Shown here: in pieces, positions 9,546 through 19,733 of the stretch
Layout of the letters: each line of letters begins with the position of its first letter
How positions within the stretch are numbered: position 1 is the first letter of the stretch
Origin: Candidatus Latescibacterota bacterium
GTDB taxonomy: Bacteria > Latescibacterota > UBA2968 > UBA8231
Length of the DNA: 64,000 bases
Assembly (NCBI GenBank): GCA_965221775.1
Contig: CBDCSU010000006.1
Span: 768,001 to 832,000 of the forward strand
Reading direction: 5' to 3'
The notes under the pieces: model-generated
Seen by the model: only the letters and a program-made list of their open reading frames with translations
Databases searched by the model: none
What the model was told of the DNA's origin: nothing
Position numbers and translations under genes: made by a program

Positions 9546-10611
9546 GGGGGAGACACTACTCGCCCATCTTGCCTGGAAGCTGTCCTCGCGTCACGAGGAC
9601 ATCGCGGTGGAAGCCCTTGGCTTCATCCTGAAGTCGGATTCCACACTCCGTGCGATAGAAGGGGTCTTGGAGGATGGAGGCGCGGATGTCGGGAAGATTG
9701 CCAGGATCCAGACCCAGGTCAGCGGCGATGGGGAGACGCGGCCGGACCTCGTCGGCTTTGATCAGCATGATGTGGAGTGCGTGTTGATCGAGGCGAAGTT
9801 CTGGGCCGGCCTCACGGCCAATCAGCCCAATGCGTATCTCGACAGATTGGCCCCTGGCAAAGCACTCCTGTTCGTCGCGCCTGAATCGAGGCTGGAGACG
9901 CTCTGGCCGGAGTTGCGCCGCCGGGCCGACTCTGACCGCCTGCTCTCCATCCTTGACAGGACTTCCCTCAAGAGCGCCGCGACCGATGACGGGAAGCACC
10001 TGATGATGATCAGTTGGGCGGATCTGCTCGACCGCCTCCAAGGTGCCGCCGACTCCTCCTCAAGGAACGAGATACGGCAGTTGCGGGGTCTTGTACATCG
10101 GGTGGATGACGAGAGTGGGTATCCGCCGCTCCGGCCGGAGGAGCTGGCCCCGGAGATCCCACGCCGGCTGCTCAGCCTGGAGCGCCTCATCGGCGACGCC
10201 ACGGCCCGGGCCGTGGAACAAGGATACGCGGATATCAAGGGTTTGAATGTCACCCCGTATCCGGGCGGTTACGGGCGCCCGCGCGGGTACGGACGGTATC
10301 TCTCGTTGAAGGGCGCCATCGCCTGGTTTGGCATCGGCCTCAACTGGTGGGTCCGGGGAGGATATTCGGATACCCCCCTCTGGCTTTCCTTCGGGCTATC
10401 GAAAGATGAAGGGTACAGAGCGCGCTGGCCGGACACGAGCAGGGCCCTCGAGCCGCTCAAGCGAAGGGACCCGCCCGAGTGTCTGGAAGAGAATCAGGCG
10501 CTCCTTGTCCCCATCGCCCTGCCGACTGGAGTCGAATACGACGCTGTGCTCGATGCCGTGGTTGAACGTCTCCGGGAGATCGCCGATCTCATCGACAAAC
10601 ACCGGACCTGA
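9529..10611 (+). CDS. PD-(D/E)XK superfamily nuclease
   Basis: RPDLVG...VLIEAKFWAGLT.NQP..Y motif; RBS AAGGAG; overlaps the upstream gene by 17 nt. Confidence 0.75.
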   Translation: MEHRTEGETLLAHLAWKLSSRHEDIAVEALGFILKSDSTLRAIEGVLEDGGADVGKIARIQTQVSGDGETRPDLVGFDQHDVECVLIEAKFWAGLTANQPNAYLDRLAPGKALLFVAPESRLETLWPELRRRADSDRLLSILDRTSLKSAATDDGKHLMMISWADLLDRLQGAADSSSRNEIRQLRGLVHRVDDESGYPPLRPEELAPEIPRRLLSLERLIGDATARAVEQGYADIKGLNVTPYPGGYGRPRGYGRYLSLKGAIAWFGIGLNWWVRGGYSDTPLWLSFGLSKDEGYRARWPDTSRALEPLKRRDPPECLEENQALLVPIALPTGVEYDAVLDAVVERLREIADLIDKHRT

Positions 10612-10621
10612 CCAGTCACCC

Positions 10622-11764
10622 TCACTCCCACCCCGCCTCCGCCGCCAGCACCTTCACCGCCTCCACCAGCACCTCCAGCTCCGCCTCGCTGATGTAGAAC
10701 GCCACCGAGATCCGGACGCCGCTCGGATCGGTCAGGTAGGTGGCCCGCTGCACGATCTGCCAGCGGTCCTTCAGCGCCGCCGACACCTCCCCGCCGTCCA
10801 TGCCCTCGATGGCGAAGGTCACGGTGCCGGTCTGCGAGTCCCGCCGCCGTGAGCTGTGCACCAGGACGCCGGGCACGGTGTCGAGGCTCGCCTTCAGGGC
10901 CTCCGCCTTTCGCGCCGACTCGCGCTGGATCGCCTCGACGCCGCCGATGCTCTCGATGAGGTCGATCGTCGCCGCCACGCCGGCGTAGAGGGCGTAGGAG
11001 GGGGTGCTGGTGACGTACTGGGCGGCGCCTCCCTCGGGATCGTGGGGTCGGAGGAGGGGCTTCAGGCTCTGGCGCGCCTCGTCGCTGACGTAGAGGAAAC
11101 CCGTCCCGATGGGGCCGAGCATCCACTTGTAGCAGTTCGAGGCGTAGTAGTCGCAGCCCATCTCCCGCAGGTTCACGGGGATCTGGGCCACGGCGTGGCA
11201 GCCGTCCCACAGGGTGGGGACGCCCCGCTCCCGCGCCAGCCGGCAGATCTCCGGGGCCGGCACCACCAGGCCGGTGTCGGTGGTGACGTGGCTCATGCAG
11301 ATCAGGCGCGTGCGCGGGGTCAGGGCCCGCTCGGTGTGCTCGAGGGTGACCGCGGGGTCGTGGTCGATCTCGACGGCCTTCAGGACGACGCCGTAGCGCT
11401 CCTGCAGGCCGAGGACGGCCCGGTGCGGCACGGGGTGCTCCTCGCTGGTGATCAGCACCTCCTCCCCCGGCTCCCAGGACAGGCCGCCGATGACCGCCGC
11501 GATGCCGTCGGCGGTGCTCACGGTGAGGGTGAGGTCTCCCTCCTCCGCCCCGAGGAAGGCGGCCAGCCGGGTCCGTGCCGCGTCGGCTGCCTGGCTGGTC
11601 AGGGTGTACCACTCGATGGGCGGCACATGCTCCTCGTAGAGCTGGTCGAAGCCGGCCTGCACGGCGGCGTGCACCTCCCGGGACGGCAGCCCGACGCCGC
11701 CGGTGTTGAGCTGGATCCCCCGGCTCAGGCCGGGGTAGTGGGCGCGGATCTCCTCGAGGTTCAC
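10622..11764 (-). CDS. Aminotransferase class V (cysteine desulfurase/isopenicillin N epimerase-like)
   Basis: LNTGG, EEHP, SHVT..TG, DGCH, SNCYKW (PLP lysine). Confidence 0.9.
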   Translation of the reverse strand: MNLEEIRAHYPGLSRGIQLNTGGVGLPSREVHAAVQAGFDQLYEEHVPPIEWYTLTSQAADAARTRLAAFLGAEEGDLTLTVSTADGIAAVIGGLSWEPGEEVLITSEEHPVPHRAVLGLQERYGVVLKAVEIDHDPAVTLEHTERALTPRTRLICMSHVTTDTGLVVPAPEICRLARERGVPTLWDGCHAVAQIPVNLREMGCDYYASNCYKWMLGPIGTGFLYVSDEARQSLKPLLRPHDPEGGAAQYVTSTPSYALYAGVAATIDLIESIGGVEAIQRESARKAEALKASLDTVPGVLVHSSRRRDSQTGTVTFAIEGMDGGEVSAALKDRWQIVQRATYLTDPSGVRISVAFYISEAELEVLVEAVKVLAAEAGWE

Positions 11765-11882
11765 GGCTCTTCCTCCCTGAGTGCGCCCGGCGACGGTCCG
11801 CCGGACGGGTTCTGCTGTCGTGGGGCCCGGGCGCCGGTGGGCCCGGCCGCGACCCTGCGGTGGCCCGCCGGACCGGTCACTG

Positions 11883-13341
11883 CTACCGGGCCGCCGGTGA
11901 GCCCGTGAGGCCCTCCACGGCTTCGGTCATCGCCTCCAGGACCGCCTCCAGGCAGCCCGGTGCCAGGCACGAGGGCTCCTCCTGGTAGAGGCCGAGGCCG
12001 TAGCGGTCCCGCGGCAGCAGGTAGGCCAGCTGCGGGGTCCCGGCCACGGGCGAGATCAGCACCGGCCGGCCGGGGAAGCGCCGCCGCAGCTCGGTCGCCA
12101 GCATCGCTGTAGGGCTCGGCGGCGCAGGTGATCCAGAGGGCGTCCCCCATCTCGTGGACGGTGAACCGATACGGACAGCGGTCGCCCGGGGGCAGCTCGG
12201 CGAGGCGCCGCAGCCACCGCCGGCAGCGCTCGGCGCGGGCGCCGGCGTCGCGCGCGGCCAGGGCGTCGCCGGCTTCGTCGGCTCGTGCCTGGTCGCGGGT
12301 GTGGCGGTCGAGGTCAGCCCTCAGCTGGTCCACGTCCGGCAAGTCCTTGAAGGGCAGGTCGACCTGAAAGCGGCCGACCGACCAGCGGCGCACCGCCTCG
12401 GCGCGGGGACCCGCCACGGGCGTCCACCCCCAGGTGCCGATGGTGGCGCCGGAGAGGACCGGCCCCTGGTAGGCGAAGTCGTGGCCGGGCGGACCGAGGC
12501 CGGCGAGGGCCGACAGGGCGGCGAAGCCCAGCTGCCGGCCGTTGCGGTCGGCCACCTCGGTGTCGCCGGTGAAGCCGTCGCGGGGCCCCAGTTCGCCGCA
12601 CAGGCCCTGGAAGTAGACGCAGGGGGTGCCGGTGTGGTCGCTGACCACCTGGCGGGCAGCGCCGACGAAGTCGGGGCTCAGGAGGCTGTTGTCCCAGGAT
12701 AGAGTCGTGGGGTGGCAGGCGTAGTGCACGAGGTGCAGGCGGGGGGTGCCGTCGAGGGCGGTGACCCGCGCCGCCACCACAAGGTCCTCGGCGGCCTCGC
12801 CGGGGTTGAAGCCGGTGACCCGGAGGTCCCGCTCCTCGTCATGGTAGTCGCGGTTGGCGGCCATGCCGCAGCGGCCCTCGGCGTAGGTGACCACGGCCTC
12901 GTCCAGGTCCTCCAGGGCGTCCCGGGCGAGGGAGCCGAGGGTCTCCCCGAGGCCGGCGAGGTAGGGCTCGATGAGGTCGCCCCCGGGCAGGGGGATGCGG
13001 TCGGGCGGGTAGAAGCCGGCGGCGTGGGTGTGGGAGAAGGTGACGACGACGCGGTCCCGGTCGACGCCGGCGGCGCGCACCAGGCCGGCCACCACCGCGT
13101 CGGTCTGGCCGTCGTCGAGCAGCACGTGGTCGAGCTGCACGCGCACCAGGCGCTCCCGCGGCCGGTCCACCGGCTCCAGGACGAGCACGTCCGCCATCAG
13201 CGGCCGGTGCACGCCGGTGGCGCGGTCGTGGCGGGCGGCGCCCCACATGCGGTGGTAGATGCCCACGGGCGGCGTGATGTCGCCGTGGGCGTGGCCCAGG
13301 CGCAGCACCGACGTGGGCGTGGGAACGAGCGTCGTCGACAT
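11883..13341 (-). pseudogene. Neutral/alkaline ceramidase-like hydrolase with +1 frameshift near 12105
   Basis: DITPPVG, SHTHA, YACHPT, FQG.CG; natural C-terminus (MLATELRRRF...YQEEPS) continues in another frame after AEPYS. Confidence 0.7.
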
Positions 13342-13408
13342 GGAATCCCTCCGGCTCCGGGCGGCTCAAGCTGTGGCGGCGGTTCGATCGTGGCAATAGG
13401 ATCTGAGA

Positions 13409-14248
13409 ATGCCCGCGCCCGTGGAGCACCTGATCTTCCTCATCCACCCCTGCTGCTACGAGCCGGTCGAGGCCGAGCGCATAGAGCGGGAAGGGCTGCG
13501 GCTCTTTCTCGAGCGGGAGGAGGAGGTGAAGGCGCGCTGGCTGGCCGACCTCTCCGCCGGGGGCGAGGCCACCCTCTTCGCGCAGCTCGGGGGGCCGGAG
13601 TACCTGCGCGACGCGGCGGCCGAGTCCCTCGGGGAGACGGGAGCCCTGCTGCTGCGGAGCCCCTTCCCCGAGAGCGGGCATCTGGACGAGTACTACCGCC
13701 GACTGCGGGACGAGCTGCTGGAGCACCTGGACCGCCACGATCTCACCCTCGACCGGGAGACCGTGGCCTCCGAGTTGTGGGGCGAGTCCTTCGAGGGCTG
13801 CGTCCCCGGGTACGGCGGCGCCTTCGCCCATCACCTGGGACTGCAGCGGGCGCCGCGGATGCGCTTCGAGATGACCGTGTACGACTCCCGCTTTTTGCAC
13901 CGGGCGCGCCGCCGGGAGAGCCTGGCCCTGCCCGGAAGCGATGTCGAGGCCTGGCTCTTCGAGTGCCACGACGGCACCGGCGCCGCCACCTTCCAGCCGC
14001 GCCTCACGCCCCAGTGGCTGGACCGCCGGCGCCTGTGGCTGAGGCTGAACGACCGCCGCCACCAGCTCTGCGACAAGCAGGGCCACGCCGTGTGGCCGGT
14101 CTCCCCCTGGGAGAAGGGGAAGCCCGAGGGCGAGCACAATGTCACGGTGGCGATGAAGGAGTGGATCAACCGCTGGGTGCGGGGCGTGGGCACCGGCATC
14201 GACGAGTTCCGCGCCGTCGTCGAGGCGGCGCGCCTGACGGCCCCGTGA
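13409..14248 (+). CDS. Hypothetical protein
   Basis: 279-aa ORF with host-like GC3 bias; stop overlaps the lhr start. Confidence 0.75.
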   Translation: MPAPVEHLIFLIHPCCYEPVEAERIEREGLRLFLEREEEVKARWLADLSAGGEATLFAQLGGPEYLRDAAAESLGETGALLLRSPFPESGHLDEYYRRLRDELLEHLDRHDLTLDRETVASELWGESFEGCVPGYGGAFAHHLGLQRAPRMRFEMTVYDSRFLHRARRRESLALPGSDVEAWLFECHDGTGAATFQPRLTPQWLDRRRLWLRLNDRRHQLCDKQGHAVWPVSPWEKGKPEGEHNVTVAMKEWINRWVRGVGTGIDEFRAVVEAARLTAP

Positions 14249-17200
14249 GCACCGCCTCGCCGCCCGCGGCGCAGGACGCCCTCGAGCTGTTCCACCCCCT
14301 CGTGCGCCGGTGGTTCACCGAGCGCGTCGGCGAGCCCACCGACGTGCAGGCCGCCGCCTGGCCGCGCATCGCCGGCGGCGAGCACCTGCTGGTCACCGCG
14401 CCCACCGGCTCCGGCAAGACCCTCACCGCCTTCCTGTGGGCCCTCGACCGCCTGGTCCGCGGCGACTGGCCGGAGGGGGCCACCAGCGTCCTCTACGTCT
14501 CGCCCCTGAAGGCGCTCAACAACGACATCCAGCGCAACCTCCTCGGGCCGCTGGAGGAGCTGCGGCAGCGGTTCCAGGCCGCCGGCGAGCCCTTCCCCCC
14601 CATCCGCGCCCTCACGCGCTCCGGGGACACGCCCCAGGAGGACCGGCGCCGCATGCTGCGCCAGCCGCCGGAGATCCTCATCACCACCCCGGAGTCCCTC
14701 AACCTGCTGCTCTCCTCCCAGGGGGGGCGCGGCCTGCTCACCGGCCTGCGGTGCGTCATCCTCGACGAGATCCACGGCGTCGTCGGCAGCAAGCGCGGCG
14801 TCCACCTGATCACCGCCGTGGACCGCCTCGTGCGCCTCTCGGGGGAGTTCCAGCGGATCTCCCTGTCGGCGACGGTGCGGCCCCTCGACCGGGTGGCGGC
14901 CTTCGTCGGCGGCTTCCGGCGCCTGCCGGGGCGGGGCGGCGAGCGCTACGAGCCGCGTCCCGTGGCCGTCCTGCGCTCCTCGGCTTCCAAGCGCTACGAC
15001 GTCTCCGTGCGCTTCCCGGAGGCCGCCGACGCCGAGGGCGAGAATCAGGACGACTCGATCTGGCCGGCCATGGCCGAGGCCTTCGAGGAGATCATCGCCG
15101 GCAACCGCTCGACCCTGCTCTTCGTCAACGCCCGCCGCCTGTGCGAGAAGATCACCCGCTTCCTCAACGAGGGCCGCGAGCAGCCCCTGGCCTACGCCCA
15201 TCACGGCTCCCTGTCGCGCGAGATCCGCGAGGTCGTGGAGCGCCGCCTGAAGGAGGGGGAGCTGAAGGCGATCGTGGCCACCAACTCCCTGGAGATGGGC
15301 ATCGACATCGGCGCCCTCGACGAGGTCGTCCTCGTGCAGTCGCCGCCGTCGGTCTCCTCCGCCGTGCAGCGCGCCGGCCGCGCCGGCCACCAGGTCGGCG
15401 AGGTGAGCAAGGCCACCCTCTATCCCACCCACGGCCACGACTTCCTCGAGGCGGCGGTGCTGGCGGCGCAGATCGACGCCCACGACATCGAGGAGATCGA
15501 CCCCGTCACCGGCGCCCTCGACGTCCTCGCCCAGGTGCTGATCTCCATGGCCGGCACCGAGAGCTGGGACCTGGACGAGCTCTACGACGAGGTGCGCGCC
15601 AGCTTCCCCTACCGCCACCTCGCCCGCCGCCAGTTCGACCTCGTCGTCGACATGCTCGCCGGCCGCTACGCCGGCAGCCGGGTGCGCGACCTGCGGCCCC
15701 GGGTGACCGTGGACCGTCTCGACAACACGGTGGAGGCGCGCCGGGGGGCGATGAGCCAGCTCTACATGTCGGGCGGCACGATCCCCGACCGCGGCCTCTT
15801 CAACCTGCGCCTGGAGGGCTCGGGCGCGAAGCTGGGCGAGCTGGACGAGGAGTTCGTGTGGGAGTCGTCCGAGGGGCAGTCCTTCACCCTGGGCACCCAG
15901 AACTGGACGATCCGCAAGATCACCCACAACGACGTGCTGGTGAGCCCGGCGCCGGCCCGCACCGTGGACCTGCCCTTCTGGAAGGGGGAGGGCGCCAACC
16001 GCGACTTCCACTTCTCCAGCGCCATCGGCCGCTTCCTCGAGGACGCCGAGGCCGGCCTCGAGGGCCCCGCCTTCCGGCAACGGCTCACCGACCGCCACCA
16101 CATGGACGAGACCGCCGCCGGCAGCCTCCTCGACTTCCTCGGGCGCCAGCGCGAGGCCACCGGCGCCCCCCTGCCCCACCGCCATCACCTGCTGGTGGAG
16201 CACGTCGCCTCGGCCCCGGGGGGATACATGGGCAGCCAGGTGGTGCTGCACACGTTCTGGGGCGGGCGCGTCAACCAGCCCTTCGCGCTGGCCCTCGACG
16301 CCGCCTGGGAGGAGCGCTTCGGGGGCCGCATCGAGGTCTATCCCTCCAACGACTGCATCGTCCTCGTCCTGCCGGCGGAGACCGGCTCCGAGGAGATCCT
16401 CAGCCTCGTCACCTCCGGCCGCGTGGAGGAACTGCTGCGCCAGCGGCTGGAGGCCTCCGGCTACTTCGGGGCCCGCTTCCGCGAGTGCGCCCAGCGGGCC
16501 CTGCTGCTGACCCGGCGCAGCCTGACCGAGCGCATGCCCCTGTGGCTGAGCCGCCTGCGCTCGCAGCGCCTGCTCGACACGGTGATGCGCTACGAGGACT
16601 TCCCCATCCTCGTCGAGGCCTGGCGCTCCTGCCTGCAGGACGGCTTCGACCTGCCCGCCCTGCGCCTCGTCCTCTCCGAGCTGGAGTCCGGCGCCATCGA
16701 GTGGTCGGAGTGCCGCACCCGCCGCCCGAGCCCGTTCTCGCGCTCCGTCGCCTGGGGGCAGGTCAACGAGTACATGTACGCCGGCGACGCCGCCGCCGGC
16801 CGCCAGACCTCGGAGCTGCGCTCGGACCTGCTGCGCGAGGTCGTCTTCACCCCCGGCCTGCGGCCCACCCTCCCGGCCCACGTGGTGCGGCGCTTCGAGG
16901 AGAAGCGCCAGCGCCTGCACCCGGGGTACGCGCCGTCCGAGGCGCGGGAGCTGGTCGACTGGGTCGACGAGCGCCTGCTGGTCCCGTGGTCCGAGTGGGA
17001 GGCCCTGCTCGCCGCCGCGGCGCGGGACTCGGCCGAGGCCGGGGGGGAGGAGGGATGGGTGGAGGGGGAGGAGGAAGCCTGGAGGGGGCGAATCGTGCGG
17101 GTCGAGGCCGAGGTCCTGGCCGAGCCGGTGGTGGTTGCGCGTCAGGCCCTGGGGCGCCTCGCGGTATTCCCCTGGTGGGGGGAGGCGCGGGTGAGCGGGT

Positions 17201-19095
17201 TGGATGGCGCGCCGGTGGAGGTCGAGCTGGTGGAGGCGGGCCTGGAGAGCGAGGACGCCGGGGGCCCTGGGGACGCGGAGGAGGAACGCGGGGGCTCGGG
17301 ACTGGAGATCGAGGCCGCCCGGGCTGTTGCGGATACGGCAGAGGCGCCGGAGGACCCGAACCTGGGGAGCGGAGTCGGCAGCGGCGCCGGGAACGCGGAA
17401 GACCCGGAGGGCACGGGCCTTGGGATCGAGTCCACCGATGGCGTCGGGGGCCAGGAGGGGGCACGGGAGGACGCGGGCCTGGGGCTCGGAGACGGCGAGG
17501 CTGGCGGCGACGCGGAGGAGGGACCCCGAGGCTTGGGCCTCGAGCTCGGGGCCGTCAGTGGCGACGGGACGGACGAAGAAGACGCGCGGGAGGAACTCCG
17601 CCTCGAGGCCGCTGTCACCGCCTGGCTGTCCTACTACGGCCCGGTCGACCGAGGCCGCCTGGCGGGGACCCTGGGCCTCGGCGACCCGCTGCTGGCGTCC
17701 GTACTCGACGACCTGGCCGGGGAGCAGGCCGTCGTCGTCGGTACCCTGGTCGAGGGCGCGGAGCGGGACCAGGTCTGCGAGGCGGAGAACCTCGAGTCCC
17801 TGCTGCGCATGGCCCGGGCCGACGCGACGCCGGCCTTCCAGGCCCTGCCGGTGGACCAGCTGCCCCTGTTCCTCGCCGTCTTCCAGGGCCTCCACGAGCC
17901 CGGGGATACGCCCGAAGCCCTGCGCCGCCGGCTCGAGCCTCTCCTCGGCTGCGACGCCCCCGCCGGCCTGTGGGAGACCGAGATCCTGCCGGCGCGAATG
18001 CGCGGCTACCAGACGCCGCTCCTCGACGGGGTCCTGCAGGAGAGCGGCCTGCGCTGGGTCGGCTGCGGCCGCGAGCGCCTGACCTTCTGCTTCGAGCACG
18101 ACCTCGACCTGCTCGCCGGACCCACCGCCGACGACGGCGCGGCCTCCCTCTTCCCCGACCCCCACGGCCGCTACGACTTCTCCACCCTTCTGGAACTGGC
18201 CGGCCTCGACGCTCCCGCCCTGGCCGCGGCCCTGTGGGACGGCGCCTGGTCCGGCCGCGTCGGCAACGACTCCTTCGCCGCCGTCCGCCGCGGACTGGAC
18301 ACGGGGTTCCGGCCGCCCGAGGCGCCCGCCGCCGCGGAAGGCCTCCCGCCCGGCGGCGGACTCCGGGGCCCCCGTCCGCGCGGGGGCCGCCTGTCGCGAA
18401 GGGCCGCCGGCCGCTGGCGGGGAACCACCGTCTACCCCGGAAGCTGGCAGCTCCTGCCTCGACCAGAAGCCGCCGCGGACCCGCTGGAGGAGGAGGAGCG
18501 CAACAAGGACCGCGTGCGCCTTCTCCTCGACCGCTACGGCGTCCTTTTCCGCGAACTGCTGCAACGCGAGCGGCCCACCCTGCGGTGGAAGGGGCTGTTC
18601 CGCGCCCTGCGGCTGATGGAGCTCTCCGGCGAGATCCTCGCCGGCCACTTCTTCGAGGGCGTGCCGGGGCCCCAGTTCGCCAGCCACCGCGCCTTCCGCC
18701 TGCTCTCTCGGGATCTGCCGCGGGAGGCCGTGTTCTGGCTCTCCGCCGCCGATCCGGCCTCCGCCTGCGGCCTCGGGCTGGAGGGCCTGCGCGCCTCCCT
18801 GCCGCGGCGGGTGGCGGGCACCCACCTCGTCTACCACGGGCCGCGGCTGGTGCTGGAGTCGCACCGCAACGGCCGGCGCCTGGTCTTCCACGTCGCCCCC
18901 GACGACCCGCGCCTGCCCGAGTACCTGGCGCCCCTCGACCACCTCCTCACCCGCGCCCGCCAGCCGGTGCGGCAGCTGGAGATCGAGACGGTCGACGGCG
19001 CCCCGGCGGCGTCCAGTCCCTTCGCCGACGTCCTCGGCGCCCAGTTCGACCTGAGGCGCGACCACCACAGCCTGATCCTGCTGCGCAACGTCTGA
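14245..19095 (+). CDS. lhr: Lhr family ATP-dependent DNA helicase (full-length, with C-terminal domain)
   Basis: APTGSGKT, SPLKALNND, TTPESL, DEIH, SAT, HHGSLS, QRAGRAGH, GTIPD and GELDEEFV motifs; GTG at 14245. Confidence 0.92.
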   Translation: MSTASPPAAQDALELFHPLVRRWFTERVGEPTDVQAAAWPRIAGGEHLLVTAPTGSGKTLTAFLWALDRLVRGDWPEGATSVLYVSPLKALNNDIQRNLLGPLEELRQRFQAAGEPFPPIRALTRSGDTPQEDRRRMLRQPPEILITTPESLNLLLSSQGGRGLLTGLRCVILDEIHGVVGSKRGVHLITAVDRLVRLSGEFQRISLSATVRPLDRVAAFVGGFRRLPGRGGERYEPRPVAVLRSSASKRYDVSVRFPEAADAEGENQDDSIWPAMAEAFEEIIAGNRSTLLFVNARRLCEKITRFLNEGREQPLAYAHHGSLSREIREVVERRLKEGELKAIVATNSLEMGIDIGALDEVVLVQSPPSVSSAVQRAGRAGHQVGEVSKATLYPTHGHDFLEAAVLAAQIDAHDIEEIDPVTGALDVLAQVLISMAGTESWDLDELYDEVRASFPYRHLARRQFDLVVDMLAGRYAGSRVRDLRPRVTVDRLDNTVEARRGAMSQLYMSGGTIPDRGLFNLRLEGSGAKLGELDEEFVWESSEGQSFTLGTQNWTIRKITHNDVLVSPAPARTVDLPFWKGEGANRDFHFSSAIGRFLEDAEAGLEGPAFRQRLTDRHHMDETAAGSLLDFLGRQREATGAPLPHRHHLLVEHVASAPGGYMGSQVVLHTFWGGRVNQPFALALDAAWEERFGGRIEVYPSNDCIVLVLPAETGSEEILSLVTSGRVEELLRQRLEASGYFGARFRECAQRALLLTRRSLTERMPLWLSRLRSQRLLDTVMRYEDFPILVEAWRSCLQDGFDLPALRLVLSELESGAIEWSECRTRRPSPFSRSVAWGQVNEYMYAGDAAAGRQTSELRSDLLREVVFTPGLRPTLPAHVVRRFEEKRQRLHPGYAPSEARELVDWVDERLLVPWSEWEALLAAAARDSAEAGGEEGWVEGEEEAWRGRIVRVEAEVLAEPVVVARQALGRLAVFPWWGEARVSGLDGAPVEVELVEAGLESEDAGGPGDAEEERGGSGLEIEAARAVADTAEAPEDPNLGSGVGSGAGNAEDPEGTGLGIESTDGVGGQEGAREDAGLGLGDGEAGGDAEEGPRGLGLELGAVSGDGTDEEDAREELRLEAAVTAWLSYYGPVDRGRLAGTLGLGDPLLASVLDDLAGEQAVVVGTLVEGAERDQVCEAENLESLLRMARADATPAFQALPVDQLPLFLAVFQGLHEPGDTPEALRRRLEPLLGCDAPAGLWETEILPARMRGYQTPLLDGVLQESGLRWVGCGRERLTFCFEHDLDLLAGPTADDGAASLFPDPHGRYDFSTLLELAGLDAPALAAALWDGAWSGRVGNDSFAAVRRGLDTGFRPPEAPAAAEGLPPGGGLRGPRPRGGRLSRRAAGRWRGTTVYPGSWQLLPRPEAAADPLEEEERNKDRVRLLLDRYGVLFRELLQRERPTLRWKGLFRALRLMELSGEILAGHFFEGVPGPQFASHRAFRLLSRDLPREAVFWLSAADPASACGLGLEGLRASLPRRVAGTHLVYHGPRLVLESHRNGRRLVFHVAPDDPRLPEYLAPLDHLLTRARQPVRQLEIETVDGAPAASSPFADVLGAQFDLRRDHHSLILLRNV

Positions 19096-19243
19096 CGGAA
19101 CCGGTAGGAGCCGGCCCGTCCAGTTCGTATCTTGCGCGCCCCCCGGGGCCGGACAGGCCCTGGGGTGGTTTTCTCAGCGGTCCCCGGGTCCTTTCCGGAC
19201 CCGCCCTCGTCAGGCGCGCCCCGCGCCGGAAAGGGAGCCTGTC

Positions 19244-19714
19244 ATGGCCCAGGACGTGAAGACGGCCGAGCAGATCCTGCAGGAGAAGGGCGGCGAGCTG
19301 TACTCGGTGGGGGAGGACGCCACCATTCTGGAGGCGCTGCGCCTCATGGTGGAGAACAAGGTCGGGTCCACCCTGGTGGCGGAGGGAAGCCGCCCGGTGG
19401 GCATCTACACCGAGCGGGACCTGATGCGCAACACCATCGATCCCTCCTTCGACCCGGGGACGGCCCGCATCGGGGACTACATGACCCGCGGGCTGAAGTT
19501 CGCCCCCCACACCGACAACGCCTACGAGCTGATGGACAAGTTCCTCGGCCTGCGGCTGCGCCACCTGCTCATCGACCGGGCCGGCGAGTTCATCGGACTC
19601 CTCTCCATCGGCGACGTCATCCGCAGCGCCCTGCAGGAGCGCACCCGCGAGCTGGAGGCGCTGCAGCAGGTGGTGCAGTGGGAGTACCACGAGGAATGGA
19701 AGCCGCGCCGCTGA
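19244..19714 (+). CDS. CBS domain protein
   Basis: Tandem CBS motifs (GIYTERD, RHLLI, GLLSIGD); RBS upstream. Confidence 0.9.
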   Translation: MAQDVKTAEQILQEKGGELYSVGEDATILEALRLMVENKVGSTLVAEGSRPVGIYTERDLMRNTIDPSFDPGTARIGDYMTRGLKFAPHTDNAYELMDKFLGLRLRHLLIDRAGEFIGLLSIGDVIRSALQERTRELEALQQVVQWEYHEEWKPRR

Positions 19715-19733
19715 GCGCGGGCCCCCCCTGACC

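Noticed and set aside
1394-10620. Island as an autonomous mobile element
   Set aside because: I found no integrase, transposase, tRNA target or flanking direct repeats by eye
12712-14244. 511-aa N-terminal extension of Lhr in the ORF track
   Set aside because: Overlaps two better-supported genes; Lhr homology begins at GTG 14245
17030-17610. Lhr insertion as an intein
   Set aside because: No C/S start block, HN-C/S/T end or LAGLIDADG motif
13831-19259. Very long alternative ORFs (13831-19068 minus; 14310-19259 plus)
   Set aside because: Shadow frames of lhr caused by high GC3; Arg/Pro/Gly-rich or antisense, with no motifs
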